A stretch of 64,000 bases of DNA, from NCBI GenBank assembly GCA_963749155.1, contig CAVVLO010000002.1, forward strand, positions 1,152,001-1,216,000, written 5' to 3'. The notes under the pieces are model-generated. The model was not told the origin of the DNA and ran no database searches. It worked only from the letters and a program-made list of their open reading frames with translations. This document shows positions 1-9,261 of this stretch, piece after piece. This DNA is from an uncultured Armatimonadia bacterium. GTDB taxonomy: Bacteria; Armatimonadota; Zipacnadia; CAVVLO01. Position numbers and translations under genes: made by a program. Every line of letters starts with the position of its first letter. Positions within the stretch are counted from its first letter, which is position 1.

Positions 1-454
1 CGTCGGCAAGGGGAAGCTCTTTTATAACTCCGCCGACAGTGACCTTGAGAGCCTGGCCTTCGACCTCCAGCGCCTCAATAGCCTCAGGAGCAATTTCGAG
101 CAGGCGCGCGACTTTGGCTGGATCTACCATCCCAGGACAGGGATAGGTGATTAGCGTGATCTGGTCGCGGGCAAACTGACGCTCGGCGATGCACTCTATT
201 AACGCGCGTCCCTCGCAGCCGCGGACGATGAAGGCGACTGCCTGGTCGCGTTTGGCCCAGTGAAGATAACCAGCCAGGTTCTCCATTGGGGCTGGAGAAA
301 ACTGAAGCTGGTCTGCCTCTTCAGGAGTGCGCGCAAAAGTAGCGCGCGCCATCGTTGGTAGCGTGCCGGTACCAGGGCCTATAACCAGCGCGACTTTACC
401 GGAGGCAAGCAGCTCTCGAGCAAGCTCGCGCATCTGAGTGGTCAGAGAGTCCAA
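1..454 (-). CDS. FlxC/FdhB-like iron-sulfur protein of an Hdr-Flx operon (partial, runs off the window)
   Basis: Not in the ORF track. Manual translation from TTG 454 (alternative ATG 433) gives MDSLTTQMRELARELLASGKVALVIG...VAFIVRGCEGRALIECIAERQFARDQITLITYPCPGMVD, open to position 1. It overlaps the mvhD stop. Confidence 0.7.
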   Translation of the reverse strand, partial: MDSLTTQMRELARELLASGKVALVIGPGTGTLPTMARATFARTPEEADQLQFSPAPMENLAGYLHWAKRDQAVAFIVRGCEGRALIECIAERQFARDQITLITYPCPGMVDPAKVARLLEIAPEAIEALEVEGQALKVTVGGVIKELPLAD

Positions 455-897
455 CTTGCTTTCACCAGCTTCTTGGCAGGGCCAACGCTTCGGACGCGTT
501 CGGTCACCTTGGCGATGGTCTCTGCGAACTTGCCACCCTCTGCCGCGGAAATCCAGGTAAAGTTGAGGCGTTCTGGCTCGACGCCCATATAGGTCAAGAG
601 GTCGTAGAGATACTTGAATCGGCGCCTGGCGCGGAAGTTGCCCTCCCCATAATGGCAATCACCAATATGACAGCCTGAAACCAGGATGCCGTCGGCGCCT
701 TCCTCAAGCGCCTTGACGATGAAGGCCGGATCGACCCTGCCTGAGCAAGGCACGCGGATGACGCGCACATTGGGCGGATATTGCAGGCGACTGACACCAG
801 CCAGGTCTGCGCCTGCGTAGGAACACCAGGTACACAGGAAGGCAACAATGCGGGGCTGCCAGCCCTCCTGCTCGGGTTGTGGATTAACGGATGCCAA
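442..897 (-). CDS. mvhD: MvhD/FlxD-family [2Fe-2S] subunit
   Basis: Motifs FLCTWCSYAGADLAG, RVPCSGRVD, GCHIGDCHY and WISAAEG. Confidence 0.93.
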   Translation of the reverse strand: MASVNPQPEQEGWQPRIVAFLCTWCSYAGADLAGVSRLQYPPNVRVIRVPCSGRVDPAFIVKALEEGADGILVSGCHIGDCHYGEGNFRARRRFKYLYDLLTYMGVEPERLNFTWISAAEGGKFAETIAKVTERVRSVGPAKKLVKASWTL

Positions 898-3800
898 CTA
901 GAGCTCGCACCTCCGAGAAAACGGCTTCATCGGTGAAGCCCTGGAGAGTTATGGCTTCGCTCCGGCAGGTGGCAGCACAAACGCCGCAGCCTTTACAGAG
1001 CGCCTCGTTGACGACCGAGGTGCCGTCTTTCTCGTCCATATCGATAGCCTGGTAGGGACAGGCCTCCGCACAAGCGCCACACCCGCTGCAGCGCTTTTTA
1101 TCAGTCTTGGCGATGGTGCCTTCGGCCTCGATGTAGTCCTTGGCCAGGACGGTCGCGGCGCGCGCGGCGGCGGCTTCGGCCTGAGTAATAGCTTCGCTTA
1201 TCAGCTTGGGCGAATGAGCCAGACCAGCCAGGAAGACGCCATCGGTTGCAAAATCGACCGGGCGCAATTTGACATGAGCTTCCAGGAAGAAGCCATCGTC
1301 GTTCACTGGCACTTTGAAGAACTTGGCCAGCTCTTCATTTTCCGGGTCGGCCACGGTGGCCGCACTGAGCACAACCAGGTCGGGCTTCAAGGTCATCGCG
1401 CGACCGAGCATCGTGCTTTCAACCTCGACCTTGAGGGCGCCGTTCTCTTCCAGCACCCGAGCATCGCCATCTTCATCGAAGCGGATGAAGCGGATGCCCT
1501 GCTGGCGAGCTTCTTCGTAGACCAACTCATTAAGGCCATAGGTGCGCAGGTCGCGATAAAGCACTGTGATGTTCTTCTCAGGCCACTGTTTCTTCACGGC
1601 CAGGGCGTTCTTCACGGCCTCAGCGCAGCAGATACGGCTGCAATAAGGCCGCTCATCGCAGCGAGAGCCGACACACTGGATCATCACGATATCCTTAGCG
1701 TCAGTGACCAGCGCGGAATCAGCCCGCATTGCTTCTTCCAGATCGAGCTGGGTCAGGACGTCGGACCGCTTGCCGTAGAGCCAGCGGTCGCTGTCAGGCT
1801 TGTACTGGTGGGCGCCAGTAGCGATAACGATGGTCCCAGTCTCCAGGTCGCGCGGGGCGCCGTTATGTTCGACCGTCAGGTGGTAGTTGCCAACATATCC
1901 TCGGACGGTGGTCAGCCTGGCAGCAGTAAGGACTTCCACCAGCGGATTGGCCGCGAGTTTCTGGATGAGATCCCCGATTAACGCGGGCACGTCGGTACCA
2001 TCCACCGTGTGGCTGATGTCCCTGGCCAGACCGCCAAGTGCAGGGGCTTGCTCAAGGAGCGCGACCGGATAGCCTTCCTCGGCCAGGCAGATTGCCGCAG
2101 TCATCCCCGCTATGCCCCCGCCAATTACTACAGCGCTCTTGGTGAGCGGGATCTGGGGCATCTCCAGAGGGCGCTGATATCTCGACTTGGCGATAGCGGC
2201 CGAGATAAGATATTTTGCCTTGTCGGTGGCCGTCAGCTTGTCGTGCATATGCACCCAGGAACACTGGTCTCGGATGTTGGCCATATTGAAGAGGTAGGGA
2301 TTCAGACCCGCCTCGCGGATGGTCTCGCGGAAGAGCGGTTCATGTGTGCGCGGAGTGCAGGAAGCAACGACTACCCGGTTTAGGCCATGCTCGAGTACTG
2401 TCTCGACGATGTGTTTTTGTGTGTCCTGCGAACAGGTGTATAGGTTGCGTTCAGCGACCTCGACAAAAGGAAGTTCCTTGGCATACTCGACCAGCTCGGG
2501 CACGTCTACATAAGCACCGATGTTGGTGCCGCAATGGCAGACGAAGACCCCGATGCGGGGCCTGTCACCGGCTACATCAAGCTCTTCAGGGAAGACCTGT
2601 TTTTTCGTCTGCGTGCCGCGCGAGTCTCTCAAGAGGCCCATTGCAACCGAAGCGGCGGCGCTACCCTGAGTTACGGTCTCTGGGATATCTTTTGGACCTG
2701 CGAAGGCGCCTGCCACCAGGATGCCTTCCCGAGTGGTTTCGACCGGGTTGGTGGGACTGGTTATGGCGAACCCGTATTTGTCCAGCTCGATATTGAGCGT
2801 CTGGGCCAGTTCGTCGCTGCCCTTCGGCCTGGCCAGGCCAGTAGAGAGAACGACCAGATCGAAATCGGCGACCTGGGGATGGCCCTCGGAATCCTCATAA
2901 TGAAGCAGCAGATTGCCAGTCTCCTCGTCTTCCTGGACGGAGGAGGGACGGTAAGGGATGAACTGGACGCCAGTCTCTTCCTTGGCGCGGACATAATACT
3001 TTTCGAAGTCCTTGCCGTAAGCGCGCATATCCATATAGAAGATGGACGGCTCGACCCTGGCTTCATGCTCTTTGGCTATGACGGCTTCCTTGATGGCATA
3101 CATACAGCAGACCGCGGAGCAATATTCGTTGCCGCAGCGGGCATCGCGAGAGCCGACGCACTGGATCCAGGCGACCTTGCGCGGTACTTTACCATCAGAA
3201 GGCCGAAGTACATGACCCTTGTAGGGGCCGGAGGCGCTGAGCATACGCTCGAACTCGAGGCCAGTGACTACATTGGCGAAGCGACCGTAACCATATTCGG
3301 GTTTCAGAGCTGGATCGAAAGGCTCGAAGCCCGGACAGGCAATGACAGCGCCAACTTCCAGTTCACGCTGGGCAGGTTGCTCGTCATACCGGATAGCTTT
3401 CGGCGGGCAGATGTTTTCACAGAGTCCGCAGCCAAGGCAGGCGTCCCGGTTGATAGAATAGGCAAGCGGAACGGCTTGGGGATACTCTATGGCAGTAGCC
3501 TTGCGATGCTTTAGGCCCTGGTTGAAGGCGTCGATGGCAAGGGCGGGGCAATGCTCGGCGCACTGACCACAGCCAGTACAGGCCTCCATATCAATATAAC
3601 GGGGCCGCATCAGGATGGAAGCTTTGAAGTTGCCGGGCTCGCCTTCAAGCTGGGTAAGGCCAGAATTGGTGATGACCTCGATATTGAGATGCCTTCCAAC
3701 CTGAACCAGTTTGGGCGACAAGATGCACATCGAGCAGTCATTGGTCGGAAAGGTCTTGTCGAGGGCCGCCATTACGCCGCCGATAGAGGTGGACTGCTCG

Positions 3801-3910
3801 ACGAGGTAGACATAATAGCCCGCCTCGGCGCAATCGACGGCGGCCTGGAGGCCAGCAACGCCGCCGCCCAGGACAAGCACCGCACCTGTTGTCTGTGGAA
3901 TATCGCTCAT
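884..3910 (-). CDS. hdrA: Heterodisulfide reductase subunit A-like protein with two FAD modules (1008 aa)
   Basis: Two GGGxAG FAD motifs, LDKTFPTNDCSMC, two QCVGSR...YCSxxCC motifs, internal GVFVCHCGTNI and CxxCxxCxxxCP ferredoxin motifs. Confidence 0.93.
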   Translation of the reverse strand: MSDIPQTTGAVLVLGGGVAGLQAAVDCAEAGYYVYLVEQSTSIGGVMAALDKTFPTNDCSMCILSPKLVQVGRHLNIEVITNSGLTQLEGEPGNFKASILMRPRYIDMEACTGCGQCAEHCPALAIDAFNQGLKHRKATAIEYPQAVPLAYSINRDACLGCGLCENICPPKAIRYDEQPAQRELEVGAVIACPGFEPFDPALKPEYGYGRFANVVTGLEFERMLSASGPYKGHVLRPSDGKVPRKVAWIQCVGSRDARCGNEYCSAVCCMYAIKEAVIAKEHEARVEPSIFYMDMRAYGKDFEKYYVRAKEETGVQFIPYRPSSVQEDEETGNLLLHYEDSEGHPQVADFDLVVLSTGLARPKGSDELAQTLNIELDKYGFAITSPTNPVETTREGILVAGAFAGPKDIPETVTQGSAAASVAMGLLRDSRGTQTKKQVFPEELDVAGDRPRIGVFVCHCGTNIGAYVDVPELVEYAKELPFVEVAERNLYTCSQDTQKHIVETVLEHGLNRVVVASCTPRTHEPLFRETIREAGLNPYLFNMANIRDQCSWVHMHDKLTATDKAKYLISAAIAKSRYQRPLEMPQIPLTKSAVVIGGGIAGMTAAICLAEEGYPVALLEQAPALGGLARDISHTVDGTDVPALIGDLIQKLAANPLVEVLTAARLTTVRGYVGNYHLTVEHNGAPRDLETGTIVIATGAHQYKPDSDRWLYGKRSDVLTQLDLEEAMRADSALVTDAKDIVMIQCVGSRCDERPYCSRICCAEAVKNALAVKKQWPEKNITVLYRDLRTYGLNELVYEEARQQGIRFIRFDEDGDARVLEENGALKVEVESTMLGRAMTLKPDLVVLSAATVADPENEELAKFFKVPVNDDGFFLEAHVKLRPVDFATDGVFLAGLAHSPKLISEAITQAEAAAARAATVLAKDYIEAEGTIAKTDKKRCSGCGACAEACPYQAIDMDEKDGTSVVNEALCKGCGVCAATCRSEAITLQGFTDEAVFSEVRALVGIR

Positions 3911-3921
3911 AACTCTGAGTC

Positions 3922-4689
3922 CTACCTTGACGCGAAGACCGCGTAATCGTCTTTTTCGCCCGACTGAGTCACAAGGCCCTCTTCAATTAGCTCGGTGATG
4001 AGCTGGAGAGTAGCTCTGGACTTGAGGCCAATAAGGGCAGCAAGTTCGGGCACAGTGCCTTCGCCACGCTCCAGGGCGCGCAGGAGCGACTGCCGACTGA
4101 GCTGTTCATCTACCAGGTCATGCAACTTGGCCTCAAGCTGGTCGCGGGTGGCTCCCTCACCAAAGACATTACCTTCCTGCTCGAGGGCATACATCCGACC
4201 GAGCATCCAGCGGATTGGCTCGCTCTGGATGACGCGCAGGCCGAGGTCAATACGCTCGAGGAACTCCTCGCGAGTGCAGCCTTCTGCATCACCTAAAGGC
4301 CCTGCCTCACTTAACTGGTTGGTAAACTCGGTCACCAGGCTGGCGAAACGGGCGCCTTCAGCAGCGGAAACCCAGTCCCAGTCGAAGCGAGCCCGGGCAA
4401 TACCGAGCCGGTCGAGGATGAAGCGCACAAGCGCCATCCGGCGATCGGTATAATAGTTGCCGGTAGCGTAGTGGCAATCTCCAAGATGACACCCTAAGAC
4501 CAGCACGCCATCGGAACCCGCAATCAGGGCATCGAACACGAAGTCGGGCTCGACACGAGCCGAGCACATCGTGCGGATGACGCGCAGGTTGGGCGGGTAA
4601 GGGAATCTGGAGACACCCGCCAGGTCGGCGCCCGCATACGAGCACCAGTTACACAGAAATCCGGTTATCCTCGGGACGAAATCGTTCAT
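3922..4689 (-). CDS. mvhD: MvhD-family subunit fused to a C-terminal winged-helix-like domain
   Basis: N-terminal FLCNWCSYAGADLAG and GCHLGDCHY; C-terminal LRALERGEGTVPELAALIGLKSRATLQLITELIEEGLV. Confidence 0.85.
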   Translation of the reverse strand: MNDFVPRITGFLCNWCSYAGADLAGVSRFPYPPNLRVIRTMCSARVEPDFVFDALIAGSDGVLVLGCHLGDCHYATGNYYTDRRMALVRFILDRLGIARARFDWDWVSAAEGARFASLVTEFTNQLSEAGPLGDAEGCTREEFLERIDLGLRVIQSEPIRWMLGRMYALEQEGNVFGEGATRDQLEAKLHDLVDEQLSRQSLLRALERGEGTVPELAALIGLKSRATLQLITELIEEGLVTQSGEKDDYAVFASR

Positions 4690-6371
4690 GTGAGAGCCTT
4701 TATTTCTGCCAGGATTTGATCATCGGTATAATGTCTCATCGTAATGGCGTGGGCAGGACAGCCTGCGCCACAGGCTCCGCATCCTTTACAGGAAGCAGAG
4801 ACCACCTTGGCGACTCGCCGGCTGCCCAAATCAACCAGAGAGATAGCCCCATAGGGGCAGGTTTCCTCGCAAAGGCCGCAGCCAATACACTTGTCTTCAT
4901 CTACGCTGGAAGTGATCGGCTCCACCGGGACTTCGCCGCGCTGCAAGGGGATAGAGGCGCGCGAGGCGGCCGCAAGCCCTGTCGAGATGGCCTCTGGGAT
5001 GTCACAAGGCCAGCGCGAAGCGCCCGCCAGGAAGATTCCATCGGTTGCAAAATCGACTGGGCGCAGCTTAACATGGGCTTCGAGGAAGAAGCCATGAGCA
5101 TCGCGTGGCACTTTGAGAAGCTGGGAAAGAGCCTCCGAGTCCTCATGGGCGACAAGCGGCGTGCTAAGCACTACCAACTCGGCAGGGATGCGCTCATACA
5201 TTTTCGAGAACTCATCCCAGACCAGAATCGTGCCATCTTCAATCTTGGGCGGGCGTTCGACACGATATTTTACGAAGCGGACGCCCAAGTCACGGGCGCG
5301 AGCGTACCACTGCTCGTAGTCGACCCCCCAGGCCTGCATATCGCGGTGGAGGATCCAGACGCGGGTGCCATACTTCTCAACGAGTTCCATCGCGTTTTTA
5401 AGTGCGGTAACGCAGCAGATTTTGCTGCAATAAGGCCGCTCGGGGATCCGGGCGCCAACGCACTGGATCATTACGGCGGTTTTGGGCGGCTTGAGATTGT
5501 CTTCATTGAATCTCTGCTCAAGATCCCACTGGGTCATTACATGCTCGCCGTCATAGTTGTAGAAGCCTTCTGGCTTGAGAGGCTCGGCTCCTGTTGCGAT
5601 GACAAGGATACTCGTATCGAGCTCCATCGTCTCAGTACCGTTGGTGGTCAGTTCGGCTTTGTAGTTGCCGATAAAGCCCTTGAGCCCTGTCAGCTCGGTG
5701 TTGGTCTTCACCGTGATGCGCGGATTATGCTCGATACGCGGAAGCTGGGCATCGAGCAGGCAGCCTGGCATCTCGCCGCTCGGATAAAGCTTGTGGGCGT
5801 GCTTGACCATCCCGCCCAGGGCGTCGGTTTTCTCGATTAACACGACCTTAAACTTGCGAGCGGCAAAGCTCTCAGCCGCAGCCATGCCCGCCACACCGCC
5901 GCCGATGACCAGGGCAGTATCTCCAACCGGGACACTGGTCTGTTCCAGCGGTTCGAGCAGTAAAGCGCGGGCGATGCCCATCGTGACAAGGTCTTTGGCC
6001 TTGTCAGTTGCGGCATCAGGCGCATCTCGATGAACCCAGGAGCACTGCTCGCGGATGTTCACAAACTGGAAGAGGAAGGGATTGAGTCCAGCCTCGGCAC
6101 AGGTGCGCCGGAAGAGCGGTTCGTGAGTGCGCGGAGTGCACGCAGCCACAACCACGCGAGTCAGGCCGTTTTCGGTGATAGCCTGCTTGATGGCGGTAAG
6201 GCCGACATCGGAACAAGTATATTTATTTTCGATAGCGGTGATGACGTAGGGGAGTCCCTCGACATACTCGCGGACGGCGGGGATATCAACAACCCCACCG
6301 ATGTTGGTGCCGCAGTGGCAGAGGAAAACTCCTACCCTCGGCTTTACGAATTCGTTGTCAGTTTCGCTCAT
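4686..6371 (-). CDS. hdrA: HdrA-like protein, equivalent to the C-terminal half of the 1008-aa HdrA
   Basis: Starts at MSETDNEF with an ATGA overlap. Motifs GVFLCHCGTNI, CTPRTHEPLF, GGGVAG, QCVGAR..YCSKICC and a C-terminal 2x[4Fe-4S] domain. Confidence 0.9.
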   Translation of the reverse strand: MSETDNEFVKPRVGVFLCHCGTNIGGVVDIPAVREYVEGLPYVITAIENKYTCSDVGLTAIKQAITENGLTRVVVAACTPRTHEPLFRRTCAEAGLNPFLFQFVNIREQCSWVHRDAPDAATDKAKDLVTMGIARALLLEPLEQTSVPVGDTALVIGGGVAGMAAAESFAARKFKVVLIEKTDALGGMVKHAHKLYPSGEMPGCLLDAQLPRIEHNPRITVKTNTELTGLKGFIGNYKAELTTNGTETMELDTSILVIATGAEPLKPEGFYNYDGEHVMTQWDLEQRFNEDNLKPPKTAVMIQCVGARIPERPYCSKICCVTALKNAMELVEKYGTRVWILHRDMQAWGVDYEQWYARARDLGVRFVKYRVERPPKIEDGTILVWDEFSKMYERIPAELVVLSTPLVAHEDSEALSQLLKVPRDAHGFFLEAHVKLRPVDFATDGIFLAGASRWPCDIPEAISTGLAAASRASIPLQRGEVPVEPITSSVDEDKCIGCGLCEETCPYGAISLVDLGSRRVAKVVSASCKGCGACGAGCPAHAITMRHYTDDQILAEIKALT

Positions 6372-7651
6372 TCTGCCACCGTCTCCGCGGCGTGCGCCGC
6401 AGCGGAGCTTGCGCAAGCAACTGCTTCAGGGATATCCATCGCGCCCCGGCAGAAACCGCAGGCGAATATCCCCTCGCGCGAGGTGCGCGTGTAATCATAA
6501 GCATTAGTCTGAAGGAAGCCGGAAGGCGAAAGCTCAAGCTCAAGTGCCGCGGCGACTTCCTGGGTGCCGCGACTCGGGATGAGCGCGACCGCCAGAACTA
6601 CCATATCAAAGGCCATCTCGTGGCGTTCGCCAGTCTGGATGTCTTCGTAGTGGACGATTGGGCTGCCATCGTCGCCTTCCTGGATGTTCGACACACGCCC
6701 CTGCATATAGTTGACGTTGTATTCGCCTTTGGCGCGGGCGATATATTCCTGGAAGCCTTTGCCTGTGGCGCGCAGGTCGGCGTAGAAGACAGTGCTTTCG
6801 ACTTCTTTGTCATGCTCATAAGCCAGCATGGCTTCTTTCGTGCTGTGCATACAGCAGACGGTAGAGCAATAAGCGACGGTGCGAGTATTACGCGAACCAG
6901 CACACTGGATAAAAGCCAGGCGCTTGACCGGCTCGTGGTTGTCAAGCCGAACCAGATGGCCGTCCGTTGGTCCAGAGGCGCAAAGCAACCGCTCGAAATC
7001 CAGCCCAGTGACGACATTCTTTACGCGGCCGTAGCCCAGGTTGGGCAGCAGCTTGGCGTCGAACTCTTCAAGGCCAGTGGCAACGACGATTGAGGCGACT
7101 TCAAGGTCGATATATTCTTCCTTGTCCTCGTAGTTGATAGCCCCTGCAGTGCAGATTCTCTGACAAAGACCGCACTTGCCGGCTGTCAGCTTGAGGCAAT
7201 GCTCGGGGTCAATAGCAACCGCAGCAGGCACGCCTTGAAGAAAATAGGAGTAGATAGCCTTCCGCTCGCGCAGCTCGCGATCAAACTCGTCAGGCACTTT
7301 TACTGGACATTTTTCTACGCAGGCGCCGCAGTTGGTGCAAGCATCAATATCGACATAACGCGGGTGCTTGAGCAGCTTTATAGTGAAGCTGCCGGCCTCG
7401 CCTTCGAGGGCAATGGCTTCAGTCTGGGTCATCACCGTAACATTGGAGTGACCGATGACGTCAGCCAGCTTGGGCGAGAGAATGCATATAGAGCAGTCAT
7501 TGGTTGGGAAGGTCTTGTCGAGCTGAGCCATACGGCCCCCGAGGGAGGGCTTGCGCTCAATAAGCACGACCTTGTAGCCAGCCTCGGCCAGGTCAAGGGC
7601 AGCCTGGACGCCTGCAACACCGCCGCCTATAACGAGGGAGTCGGCTTTCAT
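6368..7651 (-). CDS. hdrA: HdrA-like protein, equivalent to the N-terminal half of the 1008-aa HdrA
   Basis: MKADSLVIGGGVAG, LDKTFPTNDCSIC, a ferredoxin insert and QCAGSR..YCSTVCC. Confidence 0.9.
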   Translation of the reverse strand: MKADSLVIGGGVAGVQAALDLAEAGYKVVLIERKPSLGGRMAQLDKTFPTNDCSICILSPKLADVIGHSNVTVMTQTEAIALEGEAGSFTIKLLKHPRYVDIDACTNCGACVEKCPVKVPDEFDRELRERKAIYSYFLQGVPAAVAIDPEHCLKLTAGKCGLCQRICTAGAINYEDKEEYIDLEVASIVVATGLEEFDAKLLPNLGYGRVKNVVTGLDFERLLCASGPTDGHLVRLDNHEPVKRLAFIQCAGSRNTRTVAYCSTVCCMHSTKEAMLAYEHDKEVESTVFYADLRATGKGFQEYIARAKGEYNVNYMQGRVSNIQEGDDGSPIVHYEDIQTGERHEMAFDMVVLAVALIPSRGTQEVAAALELELSPSGFLQTNAYDYTRTSREGIFACGFCRGAMDIPEAVACASSAAAHAAETVAE

Positions 7652-7652
7652 T

Positions 7653-8555
7653 CTAGTCAGCCTTCTCCTGGTCTTTACCCAGTCCAAGCTTCTCAAGCAG
7701 GCCGGTGGTCTTGATGCGATTCATATTTAGTCCGAGATCGTCCTTGGGATCCATCCCGAAGGCCAGGCCCATAAGCTGGGGCAGATAGACGACGGGCAGG
7801 TCGTATTCTTTCTCTCTGACCTCGGCAATCTTGCGCTGGTTGTCGTCATACATAACACTGCAAAAGGGGCAGAAGAGCACCATCGCATCGGCGTGGCGCT
7901 CGGTGACCTCATCGAGCTTCTTGCCAGCCATTGAAAGGGCGAGGTTTTCATCTATAGGCAGCAAGGCGCCTCCGCAACAGTTGTACTTTGAAAGGTAGTT
8001 AAGAGACTTGCCGCCGAGGGCTTCGATAATCAGGTCGAGAGTATGAGCATCCTCTGGACTGTCAAACTTGTCATGTGCCTTGCTGGGCTTAAGGTAATGG
8101 CAGCCGTAGTGAGGCGCAAAAAGCAAGTCGCCAAGAGGATGGACGACCTTCTCACGGATGGCCTCAAGGCCAATATCCTCTATAAAGACGCGCGCGATAT
8201 GGCGTATCTTGACAGTGCCTTCATAGGTGCGGTCGATTTGAGCCAGATATTCGAGAGCCTGATCTCGACTGCGTTCATCGTGATGGAAACGATGATTCGC
8301 CTCAGCGAGGACTGCGGTACAGGCGCTGCAAAGAGACATTATCTCGAGGCCCTGCTCTTCGGCATAACTAAGCTGCAGGACGGCCATCGCATTGGCGGTA
8401 GGCACGTCGGTCGAGATGACAGGGAACCCGCAACAGGAGAAGTCAGGCACATTCACGAGTTCGATGCCAAAAGCTTCGCAGACTTTACGGGCGGAAAGCT
8501 CGTAGTTCTGACCTCTGACGGGGATAGTACAGCCGAGGAAGGCGGCGAACTTCAT
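7653..8555 (-). CDS. hdrB: Heterodisulfide reductase subunit B
   Basis: Two CCG domains (SCCG...CSAC and HYGCH...CCGG...CPFC). Confidence 0.93.
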   Translation of the reverse strand: MKFAAFLGCTIPVRGQNYELSARKVCEAFGIELVNVPDFSCCGFPVISTDVPTANAMAVLQLSYAEEQGLEIMSLCSACTAVLAEANHRFHHDERSRDQALEYLAQIDRTYEGTVKIRHIARVFIEDIGLEAIREKVVHPLGDLLFAPHYGCHYLKPSKAHDKFDSPEDAHTLDLIIEALGGKSLNYLSKYNCCGGALLPIDENLALSMAGKKLDEVTERHADAMVLFCPFCSVMYDDNQRKIAEVREKEYDLPVVYLPQLMGLAFGMDPKDDLGLNMNRIKTTGLLEKLGLGKDQEKAD

Positions 8556-9091
8556 TTTTTCTCACCCTCTTCTGCGGTAGCTTCGAACTCTTTTTTGAAC
8601 TTATAGTTGGCGAAGAGCTGGCGGACTGTTTCGGCGCGCTGTTCGATTTCGGGAAGGCCCATCCGCTTGCTGCGGCGTTTGTTGTCGAAGTCGGTGATCT
8701 CATAGATGCGGCCATACTGATACACCAGTTCGGCTTGCTTCTTGAAGCCGGCGGGCACATAGCCTCGTTCGACAGCCAGGTTCTTAAGCGCGGTAATGAC
8801 GTCGGTGAGGCGGACGTCCTGAGGACAGCGCTCCTCACAGGTGTAGCACATCGAGCACAGCCAGAGGGTCTCACTCTTCAGCAAGTCCTCATCAAGGCCC
8901 AGCAAGGCCTTATGGATGATCTGGCGCGGGTTGTAATCGGGATTTATTTCAGCCACCGGACAACCGGCGGTGCAGGTGCCACACTGGAAGCAAGCATTGA
9001 TATGCTCGCCTCCTGGTTGGCGCCTGACTTCATCAGCGAAATCAGGATGCAGAGTAGTGACTTCGCGGGTTTCGTCCTCGTTAGTACTCAT
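8552..9091 (-). CDS. hdrC: Heterodisulfide reductase subunit C
   Basis: CFQCGTCTAGCP and WLCSMCYTCEERCP; ATG 9091 is preceded by a GGAGAGG ribosome-binding site. Confidence 0.93.
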   Translation of the reverse strand: MSTNEDETREVTTLHPDFADEVRRQPGGEHINACFQCGTCTAGCPVAEINPDYNPRQIIHKALLGLDEDLLKSETLWLCSMCYTCEERCPQDVRLTDVITALKNLAVERGYVPAGFKKQAELVYQYGRIYEITDFDNKRRSKRMGLPEIEQRAETVRQLFANYKFKKEFEATAEEGEKK

Positions 9092-9129
9092 ATCGGACCT
9101 CTCCCTGGTGGTAAAGAGCACAGCAGGAG

Positions 9130-9158
9130 ATTATATGCCAGCCCCTGTGCAGTGTCAA
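9130..9158 (-). promoter_or_regulatory. Consensus sigma70 promoter of the hdr operon
   Basis: Minus strand TTGACA (9158-9153), 17-bp spacer, TATAAT (9135-9130), about 40 bp upstream of hdrC. Confidence 0.85.
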
Positions 9159-9261
9159 ACCAAACGGAGGAAGCTCTGGTTCCCTGAAAAAAGCCTCAAA
9201 AAGGCCCCTAAAGTCTTTTTTGCCTTCTGCCGATAAGCAAGACAAGAGGGCAGAAGACGCG

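Noticed and set aside
6361..6380. HdrA split as a sequencing frameshift
   Set aside because: There is a clean ATGA overlap with an upstream GGAG, and the junction differs from the fused copy's linker.
1214..7714. Long plus-strand ORFs (255, 326, 374 and 233 aa) opposite the hdrA genes
   Set aside because: Antisense shadows of GC-rich coding sequence with no recognisable motifs; the same applies to the ORFs opposite ahcY and pfkA.
1..9091. Selenocysteine readthrough in Hdr or MvhD subunits
   Set aside because: All ligand positions I checked are Cys codons, and the TGA stops overlap the next gene's start in another frame.
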